Shown piece by piece: positions 13,311 to 27,087 of a stretch of 64,000 bases of DNA (its first letter is position 1; each line of letters begins with the position of its first letter). The notes beneath the pieces were generated by a model. It had not been told where the DNA came from. It saw nothing but the letters and a program-made list of their open reading frames with translations, and ran no database searches. Position numbers and translations under genes: made by a program. Origin of the DNA: Callorhinchus milii. Its lineage: Eukaryota. The stretch covers positions 106,890,001 to 106,954,000 of the forward strand of contig NW_024704742.1 in assembly GCF_018977255.1 (NCBI RefSeq), given 5' to 3'.

Positions 13311-13421
13311 GTACCAACCTCTCCCTCCCTGCGCGGCTCCCCACTCTCCCCACTCTCCCCACACACACACACACACACACAAAGTACCAACCTCTCCCTC
13401 CCTGCGCGGCTCCCCACTCTC

Positions 13422-13459
<38 letters not shown>

Positions 13460-13552
13460 GTACCAACCTCTCCCTCCCTGCGCGGCTCCCCACTCTCCCC
13501 ACTCTCCCCACACACACACACACACACACACACAAAGTACCAACCTCTCCCT
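12951..13552. repeat. Compound minisatellite with a ~72-bp unit: aaagtaccaacctctccctccctgcgcggctccccact(ctcccca/ct)1-2 + (CA)n
   Basis: Seven near-identical full units from 13021, a partial eighth unit, and a degenerate unit at 12951. Confidence 0.95.
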
Positions 13553-13559
13553 CTTTGTT

Positions 13560-13880
13560 TAATATAATAATCCTTTCATTTGATATGGTGCCTTATCGTG
13601 TCTTTGAAATGTTTAAAAGTGCTTCCCAGGATTTTCCTGTAAACCGCAGTGACTGTCTATTTCTAGGCAAATACTGCAACCAATTTGTACATAGCAAAAT
13701 CCCAGAAACAGCCATGAAGTGAATATCCAACTTTATCTGGAGAATTGTTGGCCAGGGCACCAGGAGAACACCCCTTCTCTTTTTGAATTGTGCCCTGGGA
13801 TCTTTTAACATCCACCTGAAGTGGCAAATGAGACCATGGTTTAACGTCTCATCCAAATATAGCACCTGAAGAACAGCACT
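13560..13880 (-). mobile_element. Deu-domain SINE
   Basis: Tail aataatcctttcatttgatatgg... and core gttggccagggcaccaggagaac...gccctgggatcttttaacatccacctg. Confidence 0.75.
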
Positions 13881-14295
13881 TGTTGACAGAAGTTTTGTTT
13901 TTAAATCAATATAACTGTTTGGGCAGAGTCTCAAACTACATTCTTACTGAGCAGAAAAATCCCTTCCACGGAGGTGTAATTAAACAAAATTACATGAGAA
14001 TGCAGTGGAAAATGATATTGTGGTTCCTCTTCTGTGTGAAATTGTGCAACCATGAAGAAACAGGATTTACACCATATAATAAAGATACCCCTTACTAATG
14101 CTTTTCCGGCTGCAATTATTTTGGCTGCTATTTGTGCTAATTATATAAACACTATTTTGCTATCATCAGGGCTGGAATTTAGATAATACAAACCCACAGG
14201 AAAAGCCCCACCAGTGGTAACATAGTAAACCACACAGAAAAAGAGTAGAAGCCACAAAACTGAATGTTTTTGTAAGAATGTACATGCAAGTTTAT

Positions 14296-15090
14296 CAGGC
14301 GCTGACAGCATCAGCATCCAAGGCTGCACTCTCCACCTCTCAAAGCCAGTCAGGAACCTCGGGGTTCTGTTCGACCCTGAGCTGTCCTTTCTTTCTCATA
14401 TCTGCGCCACAACTGGCACCGCCTTCCATCACCTCCGGAACATCGCCAGACTACGGCATTACCTCACCCCTCACGCTGCTGAAACTCTGGTCCACGCCTT
14501 TATCACCTCAAGGCTGGACTATGGGAACTCTCTCCTCGCCGGCCTTCCCGCCACCTCCCTCCACACTGCAGGTCATCCAGAACTCTGCAGCTCGTGTACT
14601 GTCCCGCACCAGGACCACATCACTCCCACCCTCGCTCGCCTCCACTGGCTCCCATCCCCCAGAGGATCGAATTCAAGATCCTCATCCTCACCTACAAGGC
14701 CATTCACGGCCTCGCTCCCTCCTACCTCTCCGACCTACTATCCCCCTACTTACCTGCCCGTACCCTCCGTTCCTCCGGCTCCGGTCTGCTCCACATCCCC
14801 CGCCCTAACCGCCCTACCATCGGTGGCCGGGCCTTCAGCCTCTCAGCCCCGAGGCTCTGGACCTCTATCCCCCAGTGCCTTCGCCGCCTCCTCCCTTTCC
14901 TCCTTCAAGGCCGGTCTCAAGACCTTTCTCTTTGACCGAGCCTTCAGCTCTCCTCTCGACTCTCTACCCCCTCCTCGCTCCCTCCCCTCACCCTGATCAT
15001 TTCCCCTCTGCTCAGGTCCCAACTGTACAGCGCCTTGGGACGTCCTCCCGATGTGAAAGACGCTCTATAAATGCAATCTTGTTGTTGTTG
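14296..15090 (+). mobile_element. L2 LINE 3' fragment, same young subfamily as 10113-12646, with small deletions
   Basis: Near-identical to 11782-12646. Ends aaatgcaatc(ttg)n. Confidence 0.93.
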
Positions 15091-15857
15091 ACTGAGTTCT
15101 GATGATTGTGTTGATGACCATCAGGGCAAGTTTACTCTATGACAAAGTTACATCACATTATCATGATTTTCCAATATAATATTGTGGATTCAGTCAATGG
15201 ATGCATTCACTGTCACTCCAGGCCTTGCAGCAATGGGGTGAGTCAGTCATCAGTCATCGATATCCTCATGTAGTAATCTCAGGCCACTCAGAATCCCACG
15301 GAGACGGAGTCTATCACCTTCCTCAATACGAAGCTGAGAATTTATAGTAAATCTGGAATTGTGGAGGTGGTTAAACAAATGTTTCTCTCGGTGTTCTGAT
15401 AAAAAATGGTCATTCACCTCATGGTTGTTTGAAGGACATTGCTGTTTGCAAATTGGCTGCCGTTTTGCCTACAAAATACAGTTCCTAAACTTTCCAATAA
15501 ATCCTGTGAAGTGCTTCAAGACTTTTTGGCGACATGACAAGGCGCTTTATTAAAACCAAGGATAATTATTATTATTAATAATCACCATGGTCAAGACCAA
15601 CATTGATTTATGAGCAAAACGTTCCAGGTGAGAGGACTGGATTGAAGCCTGAAGGAAGAACTGTGATTTTGAAACAGGTTTGGACCAGCATACAGTCAAA
15701 TTGTTATGAGAGACAAGCGGAAAGAGAGGAACGTGAAGCCTCCTCAGAGCTAAAATTCTTAAAAGAGAAAAGTAGAAAAAAGGAAACATTTCAATCACTG
15801 GAAATCTGTAATAAAACCAGACAATGCTGGAAAATGGACAACAGAACAATCAACACA

Positions 15858-16045
15858 AACATCAACTTGCATTTAGATCGCGCCCTTCACGTGGAGTAGT
15901 ATCCCAAAGTGTTTCACAGTGGTGGAGTCTGCCAACGTGCCAGGAGAGGGAGGGAGGAGGTGACCGTAAGCATGATCAAAAAGGAAGGCTTTAGGCAGGA
16001 GTTGAAGGTGGGGAGGGAGGGATTGAGGAGAGAATTCCAGAATTT
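15858..16045 (-). mobile_element. Old L2 3' end
   Basis: caacttgcatttagatcgcgcccttcac...caaaaaggaaggctttaggcaggagttgaagg...gaattccaga is the reverse complement of the L2 3' end. Confidence 0.7.
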
Positions 16046-16531
16046 CTGGGTGGTTCAGGGACTTATCTTGAATTGGCTTAGGATAAAGGCCCTGAGGAAA
16101 TCTCAATTTATGGTTCAAAAGAATGGAAGCAGTGGAGGGAAAATGTATCTGTTGCTGGCTGGGATTATGGGATCATTTTAGAAGTCTGCAAAATAATAAA
16201 TAATAATACTTGCATTTAATATAGTGCCTTCACATTGCTCAAACGTGTTTTACTGTGAAGTGTAGCACAGTATAATTGTGCATTTTTGTAGCAAAACTAA
16301 TTCGACAAGATGAGGAAACTGGTGCAATGGAAGGTGAGCACAAGGGTGACTGTCAGGGTTGTGAGTAGGGATACAAAAAAATCATTAAAGGTGCCAAAAA
16401 TAAGGAGGCCCCAAATAAGCCATTTTTGGCTACAGAAGCTCTGGTTCGGGAAGTGGAGTTACCCGAGCAGGTACAGCAATAAAGGAGAGACCAAGAGAAA
16501 GAGATGGAATCTTTGCAGGATGAAAGGAAAT

Positions 16532-16850
16532 GATAATAGTAATAATAATAATAGCATTTGACATAGCTCCTAATCGCATCGTTGAGACGTCTCAAAGCGC
16601 TTCACAAAATACACTGTAAATTGAATTGATTGTATATTTTGTGGATAAAATGCGGCAGCCAATTGGGCAAATGGATTGAATGACTAATCCTTTTTTAAAA
16701 AAGGGATTGTTACCCCAGAAAGCGATCTGTCAATCGACTAGCAACCGGGTTCCTACTTACTGCTAGGTAAACAGAGGTAAACTTGCCCAAGGGTTCGCTC
16801 CAGCCGGGAATTAAACCCGGATCGTTTCGCTTGCAATGCGCTACACTAAG
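16532..16850 (-). mobile_element. Older copy of the tRNA-derived SINE
   Basis: (aat)n tail, gcggcagccaattg, aaacttgcccaagg, and a tRNA-like head gggaattaaacccgg...cgcttgcaa. Confidence 0.7.
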
Positions 16851-17623
16851 TACTGCAACTGAAGGAAAACTTGGGCAAAATCACTTCCCCCAGCCAGTGA
16901 GGAAAATCAAGCGGCATCACGATGGTTTAATGAAAACATCCACATAAAAATGTAATTACTGTCGAAATCTCAAATTATTCCAATTGGAAGATTGTAATGC
17001 TGTATCCAATTCCATTAATGGTTACTTTATAATACATTTAATAATCCTTTATTAACAAACAAATTCATGTGTTTGAATTAGAAACAAGACTTATTTAAAT
17101 TAGCCTTACACAGATATACGTGTATAGTTAGCTCAATATTAGACTGATCTCAAAATTTAAAACAAGTTACACTGATTCACAATCTGATTTTATTTGTTGC
17201 ATTCTCACACAACCAACTTACGTAGAGTATGAAAAAGTGAATTTTAAAACAGTACTTTGTAATAATCTTTTCATTATATCATTTTGCCAAGATATCTTAA
17301 AGTGCTTCACATGATCTACTATTAAGTGCAGTGACAGTGTAAGCAAACACAGCAGCCAATTTGTGCAAAACAACATCCCACAAATAGCTATGAAGTGAAT
17401 GACCAATTTTATCTGGGTTTGTTGGCCAGGAAACTATGACAGCTATGGCAAACTCCCTTCTCTATTCGAATAGTGCCATGAGATCTTTAACATCCACCTG
17501 AACAAGCAGATGGGACCTTAGTTTAACATCTCATTCAAAGGACAGCACGTCAGACAATGCAGCACACTCCCACCACTGTGTTGGAGTATCAGCCGAGATT
17601 ATGAGCTCAAAGTCCCGACACAA

Positions 17624-17843
17624 ATAATAATAATAATAATAATAATCCTTGCATTTGATATAGCGCTTTTCACGTCGGGAGGACGTCCCAAAGCGCTTCA
17701 CAGAACACACTGTAAAGTGAATTGACTGTATATTTGTGGGCGAACGCGGCAGCCAATTGCGCACAGCAATGTCCCACAAACAGTCATAGATTGAAAATCA
17801 CCAATTTATTATTGTTTTTGGTTTTGGAGGGATTATTATTAGG
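17624..17843 (-). mobile_element. Young tRNA-SINE, 3' part
   Basis: Near-identical to 48981-49197. Confidence 0.9.
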
Positions 17844-17849
17844 CTCTGT

Positions 17850-18240
17850 CTCTCATCCTCACCTACAAGGCTATTCACGGCCTTGCTCCCTCCTACCTCT
17901 CCGACCTACTATCCCCCTACCTACCTGCCGGTACCCTCCGCTCCTCCGGCTCCGGTCTGCTCCACATCCCCCGCCCCAACCGCCCTACCATCGGTGGTCG
18001 GGCCTTCAGCCTCTCAGCCCCCAGGCTCTGGAACTCCATCCCCCAGTGCCTTCGCCGCCTCCTCCCTTTCCTCCTTCAAGGCCGGTCTCAAGACCTTTCT
18101 CTTTGACCGTGCCTTCAGCTCCCCTCTCGACTCTCTACCCCCTCCTCGCTCCCTCCCTCCCCTCACCCTGACCATTTCCCCCCAATGCTCGGGTCCCGAC
18201 CCAACTGTACAGCGCCTTGGGACGTCCTCCCGACGTGAAA
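17850..18240 (+). mobile_element. Young L2 3' fragment lacking the terminal (TTG)n
   Basis: Near-identical to 12177-12612. Confidence 0.92.
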
Positions 18241-18621
18241 GCTTGAATCCACAACTTTCTCAGAGAACGCTACCAACTGAGCCAGGTTGACACCTCATTT
18301 ATTAATTCATTATTAAACTTCATTAACTCAATTTAACTTCAATTATTCATTCACTCTATAATTGAATTGAAAACTATAAAGTGATAGTTATTAAATAGTT
18401 TTGAAGTGAGCAAGAGCATAATGTTCTGCATTGTAGACTCTGTGTAATACAGAATTATTGATTGTTTTTATTTTGCAATTCACAGCTAATCTCCAAGGTC
18501 AGCAACAAATCACTCCCTATTGCACTTAGTTAAGACATGTATAAAAGTAAAGCATTGAAATATGATAGGATCTAAATCTACACACACAGTTCATATTTGT
18601 TAGAACATCTAAAATCTTTGA

Positions 18622-18701
18622 TTCTGACGAAGGGTCACTTTCCTTTCTCCATAGGTGCTGCCTGACCTGCTGAGTATTCGCAGCGACTTCTGTTTTTGTT
18701 T
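18622..18701 (+). mobile_element. Truncated copy of the palindromic hammerhead-like element, with a 12-bp TSD
   Basis: Matches 57544-57645 with an internal deletion. Flanked by taaaatctttga at 18610-18621 and 18702-18713. Confidence 0.8.
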
Positions 18702-18799
18702 TAAAATCTTTGACTTGGTAACTGTTTTACAACTCCCTCCAATACCAAACAAGGGAGTAGAAATAAGATAACCAGTAGTAGATCGAAAATTAGGAATTA

Positions 18800-19060
18800 C
18801 TTAATGAGGAATTACTTAAGGAGAAACTTCTCTTTGCAGAGTGCAGTGAAAATGTGGAACTCACTGGCGGAAGCTGTGGCTGAAGCAGCAGAATGCATTA
18901 ACTTATTTGAGAGGAAACTGGATACATACATGAGGAAGAAGGGAATAAAAGGGATATACGAGGGGGGTTTAGGAGGGGTGGGGAGCTGATATGGATTATA
19001 AACTAAACTAGTTGGACCAAATGGTCTGTTTCCTTGTTGGAACAGTTCTATGTAATTCTA
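18800..19060 (+). mobile_element. Old CR1 LINE 3' end
   Basis: Translates RRNFSLQSAVKMWNSL...FERKLDTYM, typical of the CR1 ORF2 C-terminus, followed by a ttcta-type tail. Confidence 0.75.
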
Positions 19061-22000
19061 CGTAAGCTTTACAGGCACATGGAAAACAAAATCGATTGCA
19101 AGGACAATGCAGGGAATTACCACCAGCATTGGCATTGGCAAAATAATGATTGATGGATTATGATGTACACACAATCTGCAAGACCTTTGCTCAATTTATA
19201 TGTCATTTTCCCAATTGCAAGAGTATAAAGCACCCAAGGGACTATGGTTCACTGTACTGTACACAATGGCCAAGAGAGTTTAACAATAGAATTGCTGATC
19301 CACATAGGCTATTTCTATGGTAAATGGATTTGACTGGGTATACAGGCTTCTCTCGTTCATCCATTTGTACTCCTTCTGTGGTCTGCGGATTTGTGTGGCA
19401 CTTTGTTACACAGGTTTCTCTCATTCCATACTACAGCCCACTGAATAATTGATCCAAATATGCTTTACACTGCTAACTCAATAACATCTTCACTCAGTGA
19501 CTTTTTTTCCTGATCAGAAATAACATCAAGGCTTTATTTTCACAATTGAGAACTTTCTGCATTGGCCCATCAAAGTTTCAATGGCTAGAAAAATAGGCAA
19601 AGCAACTAAGAATGTAACTGTAAACAGAGCCGTCCATTATACTGTACTTTATTTGCAAATATCTCACACCCATGGAACTTTTTGCAAAATATCTTGCATT
19701 GTAAGTTTCAGACTGCTTTTGGCAGAAAAATGGACTGCTGAGGTTAGCGTATAAAACTCACACTAACTGCACAGTTACACACAAAAGCACACAGTTCTGG
19801 CTTGGCCTCCACAAAGGATCAACCCAAACCATTCCACCAATTCAAAAGAGTACTTTGCATGTAAAGTAAATGAAAAGACTCCCAAACAACAGCAGGACAG
19901 GAGGCCAAATCAAATGATCCTTAGCAGGACAGAAGTTCAAATGAAGTTGAACATAATCAAGAACCATGGTCTGTCTCGACCATGTTCATTTTAAAAATTA
20001 TTATTTTTTTGTCACTTTTTTAAAATTATTATTTTTTAAAGGTTAAGACTCAAACAAGGTGGTGTTTGCCTACTTCAAGATTTTTAAAACAGGCTTAGAA
20101 TATATTAATGAAGCTCAATTCCAGTTGCCATTGAAAATATAGCGCTGTAGCACATAAGTATGTCACTGTACAATTCTAACAATGTATTATTTTATAAGCA
20201 ACTCAAACTATGTCTAAAGACAAAGACTATCCTTTTCATAATTAGATAATACCATTGTGCTTATTCCAAATATATGTGCCACCATTCATATAAATGTAAA
20301 ATGGTATCATCAAGAAACCCACATCATTCATAATCCTTTTTTTCTGCTTTTGATCTTCCTTCAATGTCCCTTTAAATTACCATGAAGAGGATCAGCACCA
20401 TATTGCGGATAGAGGTTGAACAGAAGAGCTGAGCATCACATTTCAGGAGGATATCACGCACAAATGACACAGTAACATTTTTTGATTATAAAATAAAGTT
20501 AACATGTTGCCACATTTATAGAACATAGAAAGTTTTCCCAACTACATTTGGGCTAATCATACTCAAACTGATTAATGGCATTCAACCATCTCTGTTCATA
20601 TATAATATACACAGCTAGGACTTGTTTAAGTGCTCTGAGATGCTACTACCATGAAGGGTGCAAATATAAATGCAAGTTGTTGTTGTAGATCTGGACCAAC
20701 AATACCAGACACTGAAACAGAATTACTCGGGATCTGACTGACTGCATTGTTTCTGTACAAAAACAAGCTGCATAAAATTGTGCTATTTAAAAGAAAGGTT
20801 ATTAAAAGGATTCCTTGCATTAGTGGATATATTTGGCCATATGATTCATTGCAATTCCGCAGATTTGGAAATAATGCAATCTATTGTATTCAAAAAAACA
20901 CCATGTACAGCGATTGGAAACAGCCAAAATCTATTTGGTTATATTGCTGCTTTGGCTTTGTAAAACGTGTAGTTATCAGCACTGATTCCAAAAGATGACT
21001 GAACTACAATATCAATTACAATTATAAAAAACTTTTCCAAGCATTATTCATTTTGTTCATTCCATTCCAGTTTCAGATCACAAAAGTCTGATCAATACCC
21101 AATTCTCAATATCTGATTTTTCTTTCTGTGCGACCATTTTGGTATTGCAAATTCCTGGGCTGGATTTTGCCCTGATAGTCTAGGCATTCAACATCCTCCC
21201 CTTCACCAATGTAGCATGGAGACCTACAAGTTTGCAGGTTCAAACCACAGTATGTGCTGAGTAATTTGGTACCCAGTCAATAGTACAATAGAGTTGCCAC
21301 AATTACACTAAATTGGCTCACTGCCCTTGGGTTAGAGGAGAAACTCAACCTGGGTTAATGTTCTCCCTTTCACACACTTCAATTTAAGTAGACGTCTGGC
21401 TGAGTTTCTCCTGGTGTCCTGGCCGACAGCCCTCCAGATAAAATCAGTCATTAACTTCATGAATGTCTGTAGGGCAATGCTGTGTGCAAATTGGCTGCTG
21501 GTTTTACCTAGAAATGCAGTGACTACACCTAATAGGATATTTCTGTGAAGTGCAAAGAGACATTTTAGGGACGTGATAAGGCGGTATATGAAGTGCAAGG
21601 ATTATGAAGAAATTAGAAAACTGGAGAATTTTTCTAATACATCTTCCAATTTGAGAGGTACTTTATGATCCTGATTCGTGGAAATGTTAACAAAATCACA
21701 TCAGTAATTGCAATGGCATTCAATTCTAGGCACAGGGAGATTTCCGTGTGTATCTGGCATACTTACATGGAACGTTTGGTTTGGATACTCTTACGCATGG
21801 TGATGCGTTTCTGAATGACATCCAGTTGATCAAAAAAATAATCTGTTTAAAACAAACTGTTGTGGTATAAAATTATAGCAGGAAGAATCATCAAAGTAAT
21901 GCTAATTTAGCTATTTATAGAAGATATAAAAAGAAACATTTTAGATTTAGTCACTTGGGGGTTTGGGTGGTAGGTAGATGTTCATTCAACCTGATTCCTA

Positions 22001-22669
22001 AAGTGAGAATTCCCAGGAGCTCTAAGTGCCCATTACAATGCCTTATGCAAACATGCTGTCTGCTTGCTCAGATGGACATCAAAGATCCCATGGTACTGTT
22101 CAAAAAGATAAGTGAGTTTCTCCCAGTGTCCTAGTCAATAAAATACACAGTCACTACACTTTACGATAAATCCTGTAAAGTGCTTTTATACATGCTATAT
22201 CGAAATGTAAGAATTACTGTAATAATAAAAATAATAATCCCTGCATTTGATGTAACATGGTCAAGACGTCGCAAAGCACTTCACTGGATACACTGTAAAT
22301 GGCTGTGTGTAATTTGTGGCCAAATTATTATGATACATTACTTGCTCTTCCCAATTAACAAGCTAGTGTAAAAACCGAAACAGTCTCAAGTATTAAGCAT
22401 ATACAGTATATGTTCCATACTTAAATGAAAGATTTTCAATGAAGAAAATGAATGGACTAAGCACAGAGCAATTTTCAGAAGGCAATTCTGAATGGAAAAT
22501 AAGGGTTCAGTCAGCCATAGGGGGCAATTACTATTGAAAACGTTATTTTAATTGCAATGATATTGATATATTTTGCTTTCCAGAAATTGCAACTTGTAAA
22601 ATTAAATGTCAATCATGACTCATTTTATACAATTGTCACTTCTATAAGAAGCTTTATTTCAGGAGTCAG

Positions 22670-23070
22670 CCCGCCTCAGTCCGAGTCAGAAGGTTGTGGG
22701 TTCAAACCCGGTGTTGGGACATTTTGAGCTCACAGTTGAGGCTGACTATGCAGTGTGCCGGAGCGATTCATCGTCAGAGACGTTCGGATGAGACGTTAAA
22801 CCGAGATCCCATCTTCCTGTTCAGGTGGACATTAAAGATCCCATGGCACTATTTGAAAAGAGGAGAGTGTCCCAAAGTCCTGGCCAACAATGCCCCGTTT
22901 ACAAAAACAGTCATTTACTTCCTGGCTGCTAGTTGGACTCTGCCTTGTGCAAACCGGCTGCCACATTCACCTACAAATACACAGGCAGTGCCACTTCACA
23001 GGAAATTCTGTGAAGCGTTTTAAGACATTTTAATGTGATAAGTTGCTATATCAATGCAAGGATTATTATC
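22670..23070 (+). mobile_element. Near full-length Deu-domain SINE (SacSINE1/AmnSINE-like)
   Basis: tRNA-like head gagtcagaaggttgtgggttcaaaccc, Deu core ttaaagatcccatggcactatttg...gtcctggccaac, and an L2-type tail aatgcaaggattattat. Further fragments at about 21380-21605, 22050-22220 and 24560-24760. Confidence 0.8.
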
Positions 23071-26000
23071 ATCATTGAACAGTAGTTTATTAACACCAGT
23101 ACATTAAATTCTGTGAAGTGCGTTTAGACATTGTGCTGGCGTAAAATGTGCTATATCAAAAAGTAAAACCCAAAGTACCCTGGTCTAGAACCTGAGGCAA
23201 AAAAGTTATGATAATTATGAAATGTCCAACTAGTTTTGAAGTGCTGCTCCAGTCAAGAAACTCGCAGATCATCAATTTCATTCTAAAATAATTTTCCGGC
23301 AAAGACTTCACAGTCCATGTCACAAAGTACTGAATGCGTCCTCCACACCTGGTGAACAATAGTGAAGGTCAGGTCTGACGTAAAGCTTTTATTCCCAGGC
23401 AAACACGACTGCCTTTATATATTGGAACGAATAAAAAAAAGGCTGCATTCATTAACCAAACCCAGTCAAAGCTTTCTTGTTACAGAATATTACAAAAAGG
23501 AAAAAGCTTAAGAAAACATTCATTTGGATTTGTCAGACCTGCCTTAAACAGCCTGCAACTCTTACCTGAAATTAGTTCCCAGAACAAATTTATGCAGCTT
23601 TGGCAGCAGGTTTAGTTTTAAAAATCTTCAGTTGCATAAAGATTTAGTTAAAACATGTAATAAATTGCTTGTAAAAGGAGAGAAAAAAAACTTAAAGAGG
23701 TCTCTCAACATCAAAACCCTTTTCAAAAATAAATTCTGAAGCATCATAATCCTACTTCTTTTATTAAATTGACTTGGATTTTTTTAAAAAATGTTAACAA
23801 TGATTGTTGTTGCGACTAAGCCTGACAATCCGAGGAAAGGGAACCATTAGCAGAGATTGTTATATGCCCAAAGATGACTCAAGATCAACTGTGCATGTTT
23901 AATTTGATGGCCTTGTAATGTCAATGTCACTTCCAATAACCTTTCCAACCTAGCGCCCCACATCACCCAGGCCATCACCACTATGTTAGTTTATATAAAA
24001 GTATTTTGATAGCTATATCAAAAGGACGCAGAATGACATACCTATATTTTCTACAGGAAAATCATTAAATAAGGAAGTGCAAACTTGGTGCTCACAGGAA
24101 GCAAAATATATTCAGTTGATGAAATACCAACAGAAAGCTGATAGTGTCAGAGTTTATTGCAATGTTACACTATACCAATGATTTCCCAATCTCAGCCTCA
24201 TGGTTGTGGGGAACATCTACAAAACTAAGTGAAGGCTACAGGGAAGGAGGGTGGGGCAAAAAATATCAGAGGGAGAGTGACCTTGTGGGCACGCTCATAC
24301 ATCTCCTTAAGCAGCAAACCTCAAAGTCAAGTTGGAGCAAGTTACCTTGGGTGTGGTGGCACAGAAAACAATCACAAAAGTTCAGAGGTATGTGAACTAG
24401 CAATGCTAAACTGTGGAGATGAGTTCACAACTCTCCCTATCCAGGAAACTACTGAAGAAATTAAACTTTGCCCACACTACTCTACGTGGTACTGAAAGTG
24501 CATTGCTTGTAACATATTGTAGTAGTGTAACCCAAACATAAAGCTTTAATGATAAGTTCAGGTGACTGTTAAAGATCCTATGGCACTATTCAAAAGAGAA
24601 GGGGGTTTCTCTCTCCCATTATCTTAGCCAACAATCCCCCAAATAAAATTTGTCACTCATTCCTTGGCTGTTGGTGGGATATTGCTGTGCACAAACTGGC
24701 TGCCATGTTTCACCCACAAAATATGCAGTCAAAATCCACTTTAAATATATCCTATAAACCTATATGCAAGGAGTATTGTAATGTACCCAAACAAACAATA
24801 ATTTACATTTATAAAACATCTTCACATAAGGTAATGTCTTGGAGAGCTTTACAATGACAGGGTCAGACATTGAGTAAGGGAGAGGGAGAAAGGGGAATCC
24901 AAGAATAAGTGTGGTTGAAGAGGTAGGTTTTTAGGCAGATTTAAAAAGAGCCAAATTGAGGGCAAGACAGTTAGGGACTCAGGAGCTGAAGTCTCAGCCA
25001 CCGATGGTGGTGTAAAGGTGGCAGGGAATGAATGGCAGGAAGCCACGTGTTGTGAGATTGAATTACAGCCTTTAAAGGGTTAGTATACACTGATAAGTGT
25101 TATAAAAGGACAGTACCTGCACACTAACACATCTCGCATTCCCCCTTGATAATGTTTCATGCTTTAAAACCGTAACGTGAGAACAGATATTTTAGGTGTA
25201 ATTCAGCCAATTGTAACAAGACATTCCACTCCAGTGACATTGCATCCTGCTCCTGGTGCTCACAATCTTCACTCATGTCAACATTGCAATAGAGCTTCAA
25301 GTCACATCAGGGGAAAACTACAGAAAACATCTGCTCCCAGACAGTCTCTAAACAACAGTTTGAAAGCATAAAACATGATAGCAAGGGCAGACCGAGACAC
25401 ATGAACAGGTGTGGAGATAGAGACATTGCCCTTGATACCATTTGATATTATTATTATTAATTAAAATTGTAAAAATTTGTTAGTACCGTATCTATTTCTT
25501 TAAATTAGCAGGGAGCAATTTGGTTTTGCACACAAGAGCCGCCAAATGATTGTCAGGACAAAACACTGCTCTACTTCCTCCCAGAAAATGTTCTGAAACC
25601 AGGAACTCTGCAGTTCTATCACCTGAGGCACAAGAATGTACAGCAATTATCCAGAGTGCTAGAAGACAGAAGTTAGGTGCTATGAAATACAGTAATAATG
25701 AACCGAGGGTTTACTTGACTGGGGGAAGGGGAGTGGAAAAAACATGATTACATTGCAGAGGAAAGAAAACAAATCAGTATTTTCTCTGCAGTTCACCTAT
25801 GAAACGCATCAATAAGTTATAGCATTGTTAATGGTGGTAGATCATCTGGTCCTTCAACAGATAAGAAGCAAATCATCAAGGTGTTATTGGGTGAGAAGGT
25901 AGAGTTGTCATGAGTTGACAAAAGTTGTCTTGCTGGTCGATTGCTCACAACAGTATACTGGACAACAACAACAACAGTTACATTTATGTAGCCCTTTTCA

Positions 26001-27087
26001 CATTGGGAGGACGTCCCAAGGCGTTGGACAAGCCTTTTACAGCAGTATCATTGCACACAACGAACATAACATTGCTAGCCACCTTATTTCATGTCTGAGT
26101 AAAGCTCTTCCCGATTACTGATGACATAACACTTGACTGAAGCTAGTATGAGCAGACCCAAACTTCTTGACATAAAGAAATTTGTGCTCTCATTTCGACT
26201 TGCTGAGGTCTGTCCACTGGGTAGCATTAAGGAAGATGTCTGCATGCTAGTGTCAGAAAATTTAAGTTGATAATATCTAATTGGCTGAAATTCTTGAGAT
26301 ACAATGCTGACAAAATAATGTGTACAAGTAAATCACTCTTCTATTCAGTTCTTTCAGTTCTTCCAAGATGACGTGAACAAAAGGTTCCCAGTTATATGTG
26401 TAGTCTGACTGTCAGCTGGTTTATTGTCCTGGAATGATTGAAAGCAGTGCACAACTTCAACAAGTACTGCAGGTGCATTTGCAATATTTTCTGAAGTATG
26501 CCAGAGGCGTATTATGTGAAAGAACAGAAGGGCTTTTTGTTTTATTTGGTCAGCCTGACACAGTCTGACATTTTGTCTGACACATGCGGAAATGCATCAC
26601 CATGCTTAAGATTACTTAAACAAAACACAATTCTATGCATCCCACCTACCAATAGATTATTTTCCTTTAATACCTGCATACCAGAGTTCCCCGATTGTCT
26701 GGTGCATAAGGGTAAGGATGATGTTTGAGAGAACTGTACTGGCTCAGAAAACAAGACGACAGGAGTTACAGTTGAAAGCCTACAACTGACACAGGCAATT
26801 GATATGCAAACATGCACTTCCACTAGTTCCTCCTTTTTAAATGACATCATACCGTAGTAATTGATGCACTTTGTGGAAGCGAATAACTTCACAACCCTGA
26901 CCCGCCCCAGATACTCATTATCAAAAATGATAAATGCAGCGAGACACCAACTGACAGAAAACAACCTTGAACTGTAGTACAAAACACTTAGAATCCGAGC
27001 ACTTAACAACAACAACAACAGGATTACATTTGTATAGCGCCTTTCACGTTGGGAGGACGTCCCAAAACATATCTCTGTCAGTTATAT

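Larger units (their letters stand above)
17262..18292 (-). mobile_element. Deu-domain SINE (17262-17618 plus 18241-18292) interrupted by a SINE/L2 composite
   Basis: The Deu core runs to 17618, and the tRNA-like head resumes at 18241 (gcttgaatccacaac...gctaccaactgagcc). Confidence 0.7.

Noticed and set aside
12951..13552. CRISPR-like repeat/spacer appearance
   Set aside because: The 'spacers' are just (CA)n tracts, there are no cas genes, and the context is vertebrate.
12871..13722. 170-270-aa ORFs rich in HT/CV repeats
   Set aside because: Translations of the (CA)n-containing minisatellite.
26542..27018. 158-aa minus-strand ORF
   Set aside because: It starts in an L2 tail microsatellite, and has no recognisable motifs or convincing splice sites.
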